Sequence record: NC_024789.1
Strand: one strand, 5' to 3'
From: Escherichia phage vB_EcoS_AKS96
DNA length: 45,746 nucleotides
The position numbers were made by a program, and so were the translations under genes. The notes under the pieces were generated by a model that ran no database searches, was not told the DNA's origin, and was given only the letters and a program-made list of their open reading frames with translations. Shown one piece after another: positions 9,875 through 20,704 of this stretch (the first letter of the stretch is position 1; every line of letters begins with the position of its first letter).

Positions 9875-10262
9875 AATGATGGTTTCAGCAAGAAAGCTGG
9901 TTAGCGATGCGGCAGTTGATATTGCCGGCGGAGTTCCAGTGGCTTATGAGAACTGCGGATTCACCCCACCCAAAAACGGAAGTTTATGGTTGAAGTTTGA
10001 TTACACGGAGGTTGATAGTGTGACATGGGGATTGCAGCGAACATGCAGGTATTACGTAGGCATGGTTCAGGTCTCTATATTCTTTTCACCAGGTGAGGGG
10101 ACTGATAGACCTCGCCAATTGGCTGGGCGATTGTCAGAAGCTTTCGCCGATGGTACAATGCTTGACAGCGGATACATTTATGAAGGCGGATCCGTATTTC
10201 CTCCAGTGAAATCGCAATCCGGCTGGTTCATTCCTGTCCGATTCTACGTACGTATGGATTAA
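9864..10262 (+). CDS. putative tail terminator / neck protein
   Basis: 132 aa; positional. Confidence 0.3.
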   Translation: MHYEMMVSARKLVSDAAVDIAGGVPVAYENCGFTPPKNGSLWLKFDYTEVDSVTWGLQRTCRYYVGMVQVSIFFSPGEGTDRPRQLAGRLSEAFADGTMLDSGYIYEGGSVFPPVKSQSGWFIPVRFYVRMD

Positions 10263-10276
10263 TTAAGGAGATTTAC

Positions 10277-10927
10277 ATGGCCCATCTCAGCAATGGCACA
10301 CAAATTTTTTTGCAAGGCTCTAAATCCGAATCGGTAGCCGTAACGGCTATCACTAACGCAGCTCAGCCAGTTATGACGGTAGATGACGCTTCAACTTTCG
10401 CAGCTGGTGACTTCATTGTTGTTGAGTCATCTTCATGGTCTAAACTTTCAGAGAAACAGTTGCGAGTAGTTACATCAACGGCTACAACAATTACCGTTGA
10501 AGGCATTGACACTACTGACCCGCTTCAGTTCCCAGCTGGCGGAACGGCATCGATCTACAAGGTTCTTACCTGGTATGAAATGCCTTGTGTTCAAGACGTT
10601 TCAACTGATGGCGGAGAGCAGCAGTTCGTTACTTATCAGTGCCTGGCTGATGACCGTGAGCAGCAGATTCCAACCTATAAGTCAGCGGTAAACACGACCT
10701 ATACGTTTGCTCACGAGTTCACCAACCCGATCTACCCGGTACTCCGTAACTACGACGAGTCTGGCGCGCTGATTGCGATTCGTGCATACGTTCCTAAAGC
10801 TGGCGAAGTTCGACTTTGGACTGGCACTATCGCGTTTAACGAAACTCCAAACGTTTCCGTTAACGAGATCGAAACTGTATCCGTAGCAATTACGGTACGT
10901 GGACGCTATAGCTTCCTGGCTGCATAA
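10277..10927 (+). CDS. major tail protein
   Basis: 216 aa; RBS aaggag; followed by strong terminator and chaperone pair. Confidence 0.5.
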   Translation: MAHLSNGTQIFLQGSKSESVAVTAITNAAQPVMTVDDASTFAAGDFIVVESSSWSKLSEKQLRVVTSTATTITVEGIDTTDPLQFPAGGTASIYKVLTWYEMPCVQDVSTDGGEQQFVTYQCLADDREQQIPTYKSAVNTTYTFAHEFTNPIYPVLRNYDESGALIAIRAYVPKAGEVRLWTGTIAFNETPNVSVNEIETVSVAITVRGRYSFLAA

Positions 10928-10934
10928 CAATCAA

Positions 10935-10957
10935 GCCCCTTCACAGGGGCTTTTTTT
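10935..10957 (+). terminator. rho-independent terminator
   Basis: gcccct-tcaca-ggggc plus ttttttt. Confidence 0.6.
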
Positions 10958-11000
10958 ATGTTATAATTTCAACTCAAACAAACACGAGAGGATTATTTAA

Positions 11001-11315
11001 ATGGCGAAATTCAAATTAAAATTAGGCGCGCTCCCTGATTTCAAGCTTCCGGTTAAGTTCCAGATGATCAACGGCGAGGAAGCTGAGGTTATCTTCAATG
11101 CCAAGCACCGTAAGGCTAAGGAGATTCAGGAAGTATTCCAGACCGAAGGCCTTAAGGATTTTGACTTTGTTAAAGAGATTTGCAGCGGCTGGAACCTTGA
11201 AGAAGAATTTAACGACGAGAACATCGAAGAGCTGGTATCTCTGTTCCCCGCATCCGTTCTGGCACTGACTAATGCTTACATGCAAGCTCTGGCGGGCCAG
11301 CGCGCAAAGGTCTAA
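11001..11315 (+). CDS. tail assembly chaperone (lambda G-like)
   Basis: 104-aa acidic protein immediately upstream of tape measure. Confidence 0.5.
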   Translation: MAKFKLKLGALPDFKLPVKFQMINGEEAEVIFNAKHRKAKEIQEVFQTEGLKDFDFVKEICSGWNLEEEFNDENIEELVSLFPASVLALTNAYMQALAGQRAKV

Positions 11316-11377
11316 AGCGCGCAGTATATCTACAGTATCAAAGAGAGCCAACGGACGCCGAACTTGAAGCCATTGGA

Positions 11378-11632
11378 ATGCGGCGTTCCGATTACGAAGA
11401 TGAGGAGCCAGAGGAGTTACACTTCGATGATGACATGATGCTGGCATGGACTGTTTATCAGGCAGCTTCAACTCAATGGCGTGTAGGTATGAACGGCGCT
11501 ACCGGAATAGATTATTCAGTACTCCCTTTCCTCTTTGATGTGTATAATGTCAAGGACAAAGAGATGACTTTAAATGACTTGCGAATACTGGAGTGCAAAG
11601 CACTTGAGATGATGCAAGTAAGGCAAAAATAA
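11378..11632 (+). CDS. tail assembly chaperone, -1 frame segment (lambda T-like); frame open from 11273
   Basis: -1 frame relative to 11001-11315, open 40 nt before the G stop; arrangement typical of G/GT. Confidence 0.35.
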   Translation: MRRSDYEDEEPEELHFDDDMMLAWTVYQAASTQWRVGMNGATGIDYSVLPFLFDVYNVKDKEMTLNDLRILECKALEMMQVRQK

Positions 11633-11655
11633 CCTCCCTTTGTGGAGGTTTTTTT
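11633..11655 (+). terminator. stem-loop with T-tract overlapping the tape measure RBS
   Basis: cctcc-ctttgt-ggagg plus ttttttt. Confidence 0.4.
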
Positions 11656-11666
11656 ATGGAGGTTAC

Positions 11667-14600
11667 ATGGCAGAATTTGCAGGTATCACACTTGGCGTTG
11701 ACGTTCGCCAGGTTGACCAGGGCACAAAGTCCCTGCAAGAATTTAAACGTGCCAATGAACAGGCGGCAGCTGGAGTTAGCGAGTTCGTTAATGCTGAGCT
11801 GGTTGCGAAGAATCAGGCTCGCGACACTGCAAGGTATCTTTCTGAGCAGAGAAGTGCTTTTCAGTCGCTTCAGTCTGCAATTGATCCAACAGCTTCAAAA
11901 TTGCGAAAACTTCAAGATGCAGCAAGTTCTCTTGATAAGGCCTTCTCCGCAGGGGTTGTTCCGGAGGCTGAGTTTTACAGGCTTGGTGAAGCATTAGAAA
12001 CGCAAACAAATAGGTTAATAAGGTCTAGGTCAGCATTAACTGAGGAGGGCAGGGCGGCTATAGAAGCTGCAAAAAATAAAGAGTCCGCCGAGAGGCAAGC
12101 GCAATCATTTATTAGGTCGCTTCAAGCGCAGGCTGATGCAGCGACATTAAGTAGGGATGAGTTCTTAAAGTTAAGGGCGGCACAGCTTGGAGTTAGCGAT
12201 CAGGCAGCGCCAATAATAGATAGAATAACACAGGCATCAAGTAACAATACTAACGCTATAGCAAATCAAAGTAGGGCGTTTCAGGCGGCTGGGATATCTG
12301 CAGGTCAGTACAATCAGGCTTTAAGGTTCCTTCCTGTACAGATCAATGATATCACCAGCTCAATTGCTAACGGTATGCCTTTATTTATGGTGCTTACCCA
12401 GCAAATACCGCAGATTACAGATTCATTTGGTGGGTTTTCAAATACATTATCAGCTGCGCAAGGTGCAGTTATAGATTATGTATCATCAATAGGCGAGCTG
12501 AGAAGTTCATTTGCTGATGTTAGGACTCTTGGTAATGATGCTATCTTAAGGTTTGGTCGTGCTGCAACTATATTTGGTGGCGCGATAGTTGCTTCATTAG
12601 CTGTTCTTAGTAAAGCCGCTTACGACTCATTTATTGAGGTTAGGCAACTTAATAACGCAATAATTGAAACTGGAAGGTCGTCGACTTTATCAGTTGCCGC
12701 TATCAAGGATTACGCTGATCAGCTAAATGAAACATCAAGGGCAACAAAAGGTTCTATTGGTGACATTTACCAGTCGCTAGTATCAAACGGAAGGCTTACT
12801 GTTAGTCAGATTAACTTAATCGCTAAGTCTGTTGCTAACCTTTCAGCTGTTAGTTCAAGGTCTGCGGAATCAATAATATCTGACTTTGATAAGATAGCAA
12901 AAGATCCAGTTAAGGGGCTGATAGAGTTAGATAAGCAATTTAACTTTCTTAGCGAAGGGCAGTTGACCCTAGTTAACAACCTAAAAGAAACGGAAGGGCA
13001 AACAGCAGCAGTAACAGCAGCTTTAGAAATATTTGCAGCTAGAAATGAGTCAGTTACAAAGCAGATTGAAGGCTCGCTTACACCTCTTGAATTGGCTTGG
13101 GGCGATTTCCGTAAGTTCGTTTCAGACACATGGGATGCTATAGGTGACAGGACTATAGGAGCTCTAAACCTATTTACTGACGTTATAGCTGCGACTATTG
13201 AGCAAATAAGACTGATAATTGGCACTGGCGACAAGCTAATAAATGATTTCGTAATACGCGGAATAGAGGCTTTACAAAAGATACCAGGAGCATCTGGCGT
13301 TGGTAATGGAATAGCCGAACAACTAAGGAAGGATAATGACGCAATAGAAAAGGAAAACATAAGGCTAGCTAAATCTATCGCTGATAGGGATGCAAGGGTT
13401 CGCAGGGGCGAGACTGGTTACTTGAGTGTTGGAGAGGGTTCAGAAAGTCAAACTGGAACTTCTGATAGAGATTCAGAATCAAGAAGAAAGGCTTTGGCCG
13501 ATGAGATTAAAGCAATTGAGGAGAGAAGTAAAAAGACAAAATCTGGAGCAAAAGAAGAGAGGGATTTGACTATAAGTTATGAGTCTGGCGTTCTAGCTCT
13601 GCAGGCTCAGCTTAAGGTTCTTCAGGAGCACCGCCAGATTAGTGATGTTATCAGTAACGAACGCAAGCAGCTTTTTGCGGAGGAAGCTAAGTTTGCAATC
13701 CTTAATGAAAGGCTTGCAGACGGAACCATCACAAAGCAACAGCGATCATTACTGTTGCAGCAGGATAAAATCTTAGGACTTGCTCGCGAGAAGGCTGAGA
13801 TTGGCGACCAGATTGTGCTGCAAGAAAGGGCCAATAAACTTCTTGATGACAACATCAAGAAGACTCGGCAGATTAACGCTGAAGCGGCATCAATTAGTGT
13901 TGGAGCAGGATTATCTCAGCGCGAAGCGGAAAGGCGGCGTGAGTTGGCGGCGCTAGAAGCCCGGCAAATTTCTAAAGGTGGCTCCGTAGATGACACTGAC
14001 TTCCAGGCTTTACTTCAGGCTCGTCAGAATTTCTACAATCAGGAAGATGCATTACGTGGTAACTGGCTGGCTGGCGTTAAATCTGCGTTTGCTGAGACGG
14101 CTGATGAATTGGCAAACTTTAATCAGATTGGTTCCGAGCTAGCCATGAGTGCCTTTAACGGATTGACTGACCAGATAACAAACCTGGTAACTACTGGAGA
14201 AGCTAGCTTCCGTGAGTTTACCGCATCGATTCTGAAGCAGATTGCACGCATTGCAACGCAGCTACTTTTAATTAAGGCGATTGAATCAACCATCTCCAGT
14301 TTTGGCGGTAGTGGTGGTGCAATTGGCTCTATTGGTAGCGCATTTGGTTTCGCTTCTGGCGGTTATACTGGAAACGGTGGTAAGTACGAGCCAGCTGGCA
14401 CGGTGCATAAAGGTGAATTCGTCTTTACGAAGGAGGCAACCTCAAGGATTGGCGTTGATAACCTTTATAAGTTAATGCGCGGATACGCAAATGGTGGAGT
14501 GGTTGGTGCTGGTCCTGGCTATGCGACTGGCGGGCTTGTTGGTGGAAGTAACGTTAATGTTGGTGGAGTGAATGTTACCGTTCAGACAGGTCTTGGCAGT

Positions 14601-14720
14601 GGTGGCGGTAATGACGCTAAACAGTTAGAATCTGGTATCAGGGTTATCATTGCTGAAGAGATTACACAATCCTTCCAGCAGGGCGGGACTGCTTACCAGT
14701 TCTTGCGAGGTTATAGTTAA
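11667..14720 (+). CDS. tail tape measure protein
   Basis: about 1017 aa, Ala/Gln-rich helical, Gly-rich C-terminal patch; start set at ATG 11667 (ggagg RBS). Confidence 0.8.
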   Translation: MAEFAGITLGVDVRQVDQGTKSLQEFKRANEQAAAGVSEFVNAELVAKNQARDTARYLSEQRSAFQSLQSAIDPTASKLRKLQDAASSLDKAFSAGVVPEAEFYRLGEALETQTNRLIRSRSALTEEGRAAIEAAKNKESAERQAQSFIRSLQAQADAATLSRDEFLKLRAAQLGVSDQAAPIIDRITQASSNNTNAIANQSRAFQAAGISAGQYNQALRFLPVQINDITSSIANGMPLFMVLTQQIPQITDSFGGFSNTLSAAQGAVIDYVSSIGELRSSFADVRTLGNDAILRFGRAATIFGGAIVASLAVLSKAAYDSFIEVRQLNNAIIETGRSSTLSVAAIKDYADQLNETSRATKGSIGDIYQSLVSNGRLTVSQINLIAKSVANLSAVSSRSAESIISDFDKIAKDPVKGLIELDKQFNFLSEGQLTLVNNLKETEGQTAAVTAALEIFAARNESVTKQIEGSLTPLELAWGDFRKFVSDTWDAIGDRTIGALNLFTDVIAATIEQIRLIIGTGDKLINDFVIRGIEALQKIPGASGVGNGIAEQLRKDNDAIEKENIRLAKSIADRDARVRRGETGYLSVGEGSESQTGTSDRDSESRRKALADEIKAIEERSKKTKSGAKEERDLTISYESGVLALQAQLKVLQEHRQISDVISNERKQLFAEEAKFAILNERLADGTITKQQRSLLLQQDKILGLAREKAEIGDQIVLQERANKLLDDNIKKTRQINAEAASISVGAGLSQREAERRRELAALEARQISKGGSVDDTDFQALLQARQNFYNQEDALRGNWLAGVKSAFAETADELANFNQIGSELAMSAFNGLTDQITNLVTTGEASFREFTASILKQIARIATQLLLIKAIESTISSFGGSGGAIGSIGSAFGFASGGYTGNGGKYEPAGTVHKGEFVFTKEATSRIGVDNLYKLMRGYANGGVVGAGPGYATGGLVGGSNVNVGGVNVTVQTGLGSGGGNDAKQLESGIRVIIAEEITQSFQQGGTAYQFLRGYS

Positions 14721-14751
14721 CTAATGGGGCTTCGGCCCATAAGGATTTTAA

Positions 14752-15102
14752 ATGGCATTAGATACTTTTACTTTTTGTACACATGTTCAGAATGGCGGCG
14801 GCTCATTTACCAACGCAAGCAATGTGAGGAGTGTTTCATTCGGTAATGGCTACACCCAAATTGGAACCGGCGGCTACAGAACCAACAAGCGCACTTACAA
14901 CATGACCTACACCAACACCAACTGGAAGGAAGTGTTAGACTTCTGTTTTGCACATATCATTACCCCGTTTGCCTGGACAACACCTCAGGGTGAGCTTAAG
15001 CTGTTTGTTGTTGCTCAAGACAGCATCAGCGTCACACCAAATACCAGGGAAGTGCAGACTGTATCAATGCAGTTTGTAGAAGTTTTCACCTCGATGCAGT
15101 AA
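14752..15102 (+). CDS. minor tail protein (lambda M-like)
   Basis: 116 aa directly after tape measure. Confidence 0.5.
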   Translation: MALDTFTFCTHVQNGGGSFTNASNVRSVSFGNGYTQIGTGGYRTNKRTYNMTYTNTNWKEVLDFCFAHIITPFAWTTPQGELKLFVVAQDSISVTPNTREVQTVSMQFVEVFTSMQ

Positions 15103-15107
15103 ACTAA

Positions 15108-15127
15108 GACCCTACGGGGTCTTTTTT
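15108..15127 (+). terminator. rho-independent terminator
   Basis: gaccc-tacg-gggtc plus tttttt. Confidence 0.5.
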
Positions 15128-15141
15128 ATTGGAGAAATATT

Positions 15142-15906
15142 ATGGCAACGCCATTAAGCACTAAGTTTGAGAATCAATTACAAAGCTTGTTCCCTGGTGA
15201 GGTTGTTACGCTTATTGAAGTTGACGGAGGAAAGTTCGGCGCACCAGTTTACCGCTTTCATGGGGAGAACATAAGCTACACACCTGAAGAAATTATGATG
15301 GCTCAGTCAACTGGCCAGCTACTGCCAGCAAAGACAATTACGTTCCGTGGCGAAGAGTACGGTGCAAGGCCTTTCGGTATTCAGGGAATTAACATGACTT
15401 CAGACGGTAAGGCAAACAAGGTAACACTGGTTGTATCCAACGTTGACCAAAACATCTCGGCTCTTATCCGCACTTACAACGGTCTTGTTCAGGCTAAGGT
15501 TACTATCTGGATCACCCTTCGCGAGAATATTAACGAAGATGGCACCATTGCTGATGGGGATTACCGCAAGTTGGTTTACTTCATTGAGCGACCTAAGCAG
15601 GTTGACTACAACACGGCCTCATTTGAATTAACCAGCCCAATGGACATGGATGGTATTTATATTCCGGCCAGACTTGTTCAGTCAGTTTGTTATTGGGCTC
15701 AGCGCAATCAGTACCGATCAGGGAATGGATGTAACTATATGGGTGATAGATACTTCGACAAGGACAACAATCCTGTTAGCGACCCATCCCAAGACTTCTG
15801 TGCCGGAACGGTGACGGCCTGCAAGTTAAGGTTTGGCGCTAACAATCAATTAGACTTTGGCGGTTGTGCTGCTGCAAGCCTGCAAGCTAAAGCCAACCAA
15901 AACTAA
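15142..15906 (+). CDS. minor tail protein (lambda L-like)
   Basis: 254 aa; position. Confidence 0.55.
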   Translation: MATPLSTKFENQLQSLFPGEVVTLIEVDGGKFGAPVYRFHGENISYTPEEIMMAQSTGQLLPAKTITFRGEEYGARPFGIQGINMTSDGKANKVTLVVSNVDQNISALIRTYNGLVQAKVTIWITLRENINEDGTIADGDYRKLVYFIERPKQVDYNTASFELTSPMDMDGIYIPARLVQSVCYWAQRNQYRSGNGCNYMGDRYFDKDNNPVSDPSQDFCAGTVTACKLRFGANNQLDFGGCAAASLQAKANQN

Positions 15907-15916
15907 GGAGAGGGTA

Positions 15917-16663
15917 ATGTTAACGCCTAAAGTTAAGATCGAAATATTTCGCCACGCCAACGAGGTTTACCCGCAAGAATCTTGCGGGGTTGTAACTCAG
16001 AAGGGGATGGCGCAGAAGTATCACAGGATTACCAACGTATCCAAAACACCAGAGCAATCATTCATTCTCGACCCAATTGAATTCATGGAGATTTCGGACA
16101 ATGAAAGCGTTGTTTATGTTGTACATTCACATACTGGTGATGGCGCTACTACTAGGCCAAGCGCAGCTGATATTTGCAGCTGCAATGAGTGCGAGCTGCC
16201 TTATGTTATTGTTTCTATACCTGAAGGGGACTTACGGATTATTCAGCCAGAAAAGATGCCGCTTGCTGGTCGCCCATGGGGTCTTGGCAGCTTCGACTGC
16301 TGGGGTTTGGTTATGGAATTTCACAAGCTACACGGTGTTAAGCTTAACGATTATCGCGTAGATTATCAGTGGTGGACCAATGAATACCCTGACAATATCT
16401 ACGATGATAATTGGGAGTTAGAAGGGTTCGAATTAGTCAGAAGCAATGATATTCCAATTGGCTCAATGGTTATGATGCAGATTCAGAGCGAGAAGACCAA
16501 CCACGCCGCCATATACATTGGTGAAAATAAAATCATACACCATTTATATGGTAGGATGAGTAAGGTTGATTTGTACGGCGATTACTATCGTGAGCGGACT
16601 GTACGAATCGTAAGGCATAAAGATTTACCGGAGGATGCGGGTTATGACCCAGAACGTGATTGA
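15917..16663 (+). CDS. tail assembly protein (lambda K-like), JAB/MPN plus NlpC/P60 domains
   Basis: VVHSHTGDGATTRPSAAD metalloprotease-like signature; Cys (FDCWGLV) and His (IIHH) of NlpC/P60 type; start at ATG 15917 with aaggagagg RBS. Confidence 0.7.
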   Translation: MLTPKVKIEIFRHANEVYPQESCGVVTQKGMAQKYHRITNVSKTPEQSFILDPIEFMEISDNESVVYVVHSHTGDGATTRPSAADICSCNECELPYVIVSIPEGDLRIIQPEKMPLAGRPWGLGSFDCWGLVMEFHKLHGVKLNDYRVDYQWWTNEYPDNIYDDNWELEGFELVRSNDIPIGSMVMMQIQSEKTNHAAIYIGENKIIHHLYGRMSKVDLYGDYYRERTVRIVRHKDLPEDAGYDPERD

Positions 16664-17210
16664 TGTTAAGCTGGGATTAGGCTTAGGCAGGAAGTTTGGA
16701 AAGCTACATAAACTGTGCGTTAAGACAGTTCCAGAGGCAATGCGAGCTCTCTCTGTAAACATCCCTGAATTTAAGGAATTCATGCGTAGCCATGTGGGCC
16801 AGAACACAAGGTTTGCTGTATTCGTTGACGGTAAGAATGTTAACGAGCACAAGATTAATGACCTTAAGACTGTACGTGAAATTAGGATTATGCCAATCCC
16901 GCAAGGTCGAAAATCTGGCGGCTTATTCCAGACCATCCTTGGAGGTGTACTTTTGGTGGCATCATACTTCTTTCCTGTTCTTTTGCCAGTGGCTGTAGGC
17001 CTTCTTGCTGGTGGTGTAGCTCAGTTATTGGCACCACAAGCGACAGGATTGAATGACCAGGCATCACAAACAAGCAACCGAGCATCATACGCATTCGGCT
17101 CAGCAGTAAACACCATTGCTGCTGGCAACCCTGTCTGCTTACCTTATGGATATCGAACTGTTGGTGGTGCTGTATTTAGTGCAGGCTCGTATGCAGAAGA
17201 CATTAGTTAA
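16635..17210 (+). CDS. tail assembly protein (lambda I-like)
   Basis: 191 aa, hydrophobic C-terminal half, between K-like and J-like genes. Confidence 0.5.
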   Translation: MRVMTQNVIDVKLGLGLGRKFGKLHKLCVKTVPEAMRALSVNIPEFKEFMRSHVGQNTRFAVFVDGKNVNEHKINDLKTVREIRIMPIPQGRKSGGLFQTILGGVLLVASYFFPVLLPVAVGLLAGGVAQLLAPQATGLNDQASQTSNRASYAFGSAVNTIAAGNPVCLPYGYRTVGGAVFSAGSYAEDIS

Positions 17211-17218
17211 AATCACAA

Positions 17219-17239
17219 CCCGCCTAGTGCGGGTTTTTT
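17219..17239 (+). terminator. rho-independent terminator
   Basis: cccgc-ctagt-gcggg plus tttttt. Confidence 0.6.
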
Positions 17240-17251
17240 ATTTAGTGTAGA

Positions 17252-20200
17252 ATGGCACAAATGGTTAAACAAACAACGAGGTTATATGATATGGCCGATT
17301 TGCCAAAGATTTATGGAAGCAAGGGTGGTAGCAAGAAGCCGCACACGCCTGTAGAGCAAGAAGATAACCTGATTTCACTAAACAAGATTAAGGTGCTACT
17401 GGCTGTAGCTGATGGAGAGGTTGATTCTAGTTTCTCGCTCAAGGATGTTTACCTTGCTGACGTTCCGGTGCAAAACCAGGATAACTCATTCAACTATGAA
17501 GGTGTTACGGCAGAGTTTAGGTCTGGTACTCAGTCGCAGGATTACATCGCAGGACTAGATGGCGCAGCTTCAGAGATTCAGGTTAGTCGTGAAATCAATA
17601 ATGACACACCTTATATCATCGCAGTCAACAACAGTCAGCTATCAGCAATTCGAGTCAAGCTGTTCTGGCCTCGACTCGTTAAGCAAGAAGAGAATGGAGA
17701 TTTAAATGGCACAACATGTGAATATGCAATCGATTTATCAGTTAATGGCTCAGCGTACACTGAGTATACCAGAGGCGTGGCTAACGGTAAAACTACAACA
17801 GGTTACGACCGCAGTATCAGGGTTAACTTACCAGCCGAGTTTAGCAGCGCTCTTGTTCGTATTAGGAAGTTAACGCCAGACTCAACAAGTAGCACCCTGG
17901 TTAACGGGATGCAGATCACAACCTATCAGGAAGTAATCGATGCTAAATTCCGCTACCCTCTTACGGCACTTGTTTACGTGGAGTTCAGTTCTGACCTGTT
18001 CCCTAACGGGATCCCAACGATAGCCATTAAGAAAAAGTGGAAGCTTATCCGTGTGCCGACAAACTACAATCCAGAGACAAGAACTTATAGCGGAGCATGG
18101 AATGGAACCTTTAAAATGGCATGGTCTGACAACCCGGCCTGGGTTTTATATGACCTGGTGGTTAGCCAGCGTTACGGTTTAGATCAGCGAGAACTTGGTG
18201 TTGAGATTGATAAATGGGGTCTGTATGAAGCAGCGCAATTCTGCGACCAGATGGTTCCTGATGGTAAGGGTGGAATGGAGCCGCGATATACTTGTAACGT
18301 TGTCATTCAGCAGAAAGTGGAAGCGTATCAGCTTATTCGTGACATCTGTTCTATCTTCCGCGGTTTAACCTTCTATGATGGTGAGCAAATCGGGATTGTT
18401 GTAGACAGGCCGCGCCAGCCAAGCTATGTGTTCACTAATGATAACGTTGTTGATGGATTGTTTAACAGGACATTCTCTAGCGACAAGAGCCTTTACACGA
18501 CAGCCAACGTTCAGTTTGATGACGAGCAGAACAACTACCAGCAGGACGTAGAGCCAGTATTCGACTTAGAAGCAACACGCCGATTTGGTTACAACCCTGT
18601 AGACTTGACTGCAATTGGCTGCGTAAGGCGAAGCGAGGCTAACCGCCGTGGTCGTTGGTTGCTGAAAACAAACCTTCGCAGTGAAACGGTAACGTTCACA
18701 ACTGGCCTCGAAGGCATGATTCCTATGATTGGTGATGTAATTGCTGTTAATGACCAGGCATGGTCAAGCAACTACACATTAAACCTTTCTGGTCGAATTG
18801 TTGAAGCTACAGGTTTGCAGGTCTTCGTACCATTCGCTATTGATGCTGACCCTGGTGACAGGATTTTAATCAATAAGCCAGATGGAAGCCCAGAGTACAG
18901 GACTATCGCTTCAGTATCTGCAGATAAGTTGACACTTGAACTGAATACAGCATTCAGCTTCACGCCGCAGCCAGATACAGTATTTGCAATCGATAAGCAG
19001 AATCTGGCATTACAGCAGTATGTGGTGACCGGGATTCAAAAAGCTAACACTGACGGCGAGGACTCCTTCCAGTACAGCATCACGGCAGTTCAGTATGATC
19101 CGAACAAGTACGATGAGATTGACTACGGCGTAAACATCGATGACAGGCCAACAAGTATCGTTGACCCTGACAGGATTTTGCCACCTGAAAATATAACCGT
19201 TACTAGCTACAGCAAGGTAGTTCAGGGCTTAAGCGTTGAGACGATGGTTATTGGTTACGAAAAGGTGCAGTATGCGAAAACATACAACGTACAATGGCGT
19301 AAGAACAATGGTAACTGGATTAACGTACCAGAGACGGCTAACACCGAGGTTGATATTGAAGGAATTTACGCTGGCATCTACGACGTAAGGGTTCGTGCCG
19401 TAACTGACCAGAAATCAGTATCTACCTGGTCTGATATAACGACAGTTAGCCTGACCGGCAAGATTGGTGAACCATCTGCGCCGCCTGTAATTACCGCATC
19501 TGATGATGAGGTTTTCGGGATTAGAGTTAAGTGGGGTTTTCCTAATGATTCAGCCGATACTGCGTACACCGAGCTTCAGCAGGTTCCTGATAATGGTGAC
19601 GGTACATACAATCCAGAAAACGCATCATTGCTTACACTGGTTCCGTATCCTCAATACGAATACTGGCACACAACCTTGCCAGCAGGCAACGTAAGGTGGT
19701 ACAGGGCTAGGATTATTGACAGGATAGGTAACGTATCTCCGTGGACTGATTTTGTCAGAGGTATGGCTTCTGATGACGTGAGTGCAATCATTGGTGATAT
19801 CAAGGTTGATATAGAAAACTCCGATGGGTACAGGTATCTTCTCCAGAACGCCATTGATGCAAACACTGACATCCAGAACCAGGCCGAAGCAATAATCGAG
19901 AACGCTCTGGCAAACGACACTGACGTACGCGTGATGAAGCGCGAGAATGGAGCCAGGAAAGCTGAATATCGCCAGGCAGTAAGTTTGATTGCTGATGAAA
20001 CTCAAGCGCGTGTAGATGCTCTCACAGAGCTTAAAGCGCAGATTGATGATGAAATCGTGGGCCAGATTACAACTATCGAAACAGCTTTAGCTACTGAAAC
20101 TGAAGCAAGGGCTAGTGCTGACACTCAATTGAGTTCAAGGCTTGGAGAGAATGAATCAGCCTTGAATCAGAAACTTGACTCTTACGCTACGGTCGAAGGG

Positions 20201-20677
20201 GTCGGTGTTCAGTACGGCGTAAAGCTAGGCATTAAGTACAATGGGGTTGAGTATGGCGCTGGTATGAGCATGGAGTTAACAGGTAGCGGCGGTAATGTTC
20301 GCAGTCAGTTCATTTTCGATGCTAACAGGTTCGCAATCAGCAACGGTATTAGTTCTGGATCCGGTCAGTGGTCACTGCCTTTCGTTGTGGATAATAACCA
20401 GGTGTTCATTCAGAGCGCGGTGATTCAGGATGGTTCAATTACTAACGCGAAGATTGGTAACAGGATTCAATCAAACAACTATGTTGCTGGTAGTGCTGGT
20501 TGGGCTATTGATAAGTCAGGGAGCGCAGAACTAAACAACGCGACAGTAAGGGGAAGCTTGTACGCAAGTAACGGTAACTTCGCCTTTAACGGAACCAACA
20601 ATACTGTCGTAATAAACAATAACGGCATAACTGTTAATTTACCAAATGGAGGTAGGGTAGTGGTTGGAGTATGGTAA
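17252..20677 (+). CDS. central tail fibre / host specificity protein (lambda J-like)
   Basis: 1141 aa at end of tail module. Confidence 0.8.
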   Translation: MAQMVKQTTRLYDMADLPKIYGSKGGSKKPHTPVEQEDNLISLNKIKVLLAVADGEVDSSFSLKDVYLADVPVQNQDNSFNYEGVTAEFRSGTQSQDYIAGLDGAASEIQVSREINNDTPYIIAVNNSQLSAIRVKLFWPRLVKQEENGDLNGTTCEYAIDLSVNGSAYTEYTRGVANGKTTTGYDRSIRVNLPAEFSSALVRIRKLTPDSTSSTLVNGMQITTYQEVIDAKFRYPLTALVYVEFSSDLFPNGIPTIAIKKKWKLIRVPTNYNPETRTYSGAWNGTFKMAWSDNPAWVLYDLVVSQRYGLDQRELGVEIDKWGLYEAAQFCDQMVPDGKGGMEPRYTCNVVIQQKVEAYQLIRDICSIFRGLTFYDGEQIGIVVDRPRQPSYVFTNDNVVDGLFNRTFSSDKSLYTTANVQFDDEQNNYQQDVEPVFDLEATRRFGYNPVDLTAIGCVRRSEANRRGRWLLKTNLRSETVTFTTGLEGMIPMIGDVIAVNDQAWSSNYTLNLSGRIVEATGLQVFVPFAIDADPGDRILINKPDGSPEYRTIASVSADKLTLELNTAFSFTPQPDTVFAIDKQNLALQQYVVTGIQKANTDGEDSFQYSITAVQYDPNKYDEIDYGVNIDDRPTSIVDPDRILPPENITVTSYSKVVQGLSVETMVIGYEKVQYAKTYNVQWRKNNGNWINVPETANTEVDIEGIYAGIYDVRVRAVTDQKSVSTWSDITTVSLTGKIGEPSAPPVITASDDEVFGIRVKWGFPNDSADTAYTELQQVPDNGDGTYNPENASLLTLVPYPQYEYWHTTLPAGNVRWYRARIIDRIGNVSPWTDFVRGMASDDVSAIIGDIKVDIENSDGYRYLLQNAIDANTDIQNQAEAIIENALANDTDVRVMKRENGARKAEYRQAVSLIADETQARVDALTELKAQIDDEIVGQITTIETALATETEARASADTQLSSRLGENESALNQKLDSYATVEGVGVQYGVKLGIKYNGVEYGAGMSMELTGSGGNVRSQFIFDANRFAISNGISSGSGQWSLPFVVDNNQVFIQSAVIQDGSITNAKIGNRIQSNNYVAGSAGWAIDKSGSAELNNATVRGSLYASNGNFAFNGTNNTVVINNNGITVNLPNGGRVVVGVW

Positions 20678-20684
20678 ATGATTA

Positions 20685-20704
20685 AGCCCCTTTAGGGGCT
20701 TTTT
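20685..20704. terminator. bidirectional terminator between convergent genes
   Basis: agcccc-ttta-ggggct flanked by A and T runs. Confidence 0.6.
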
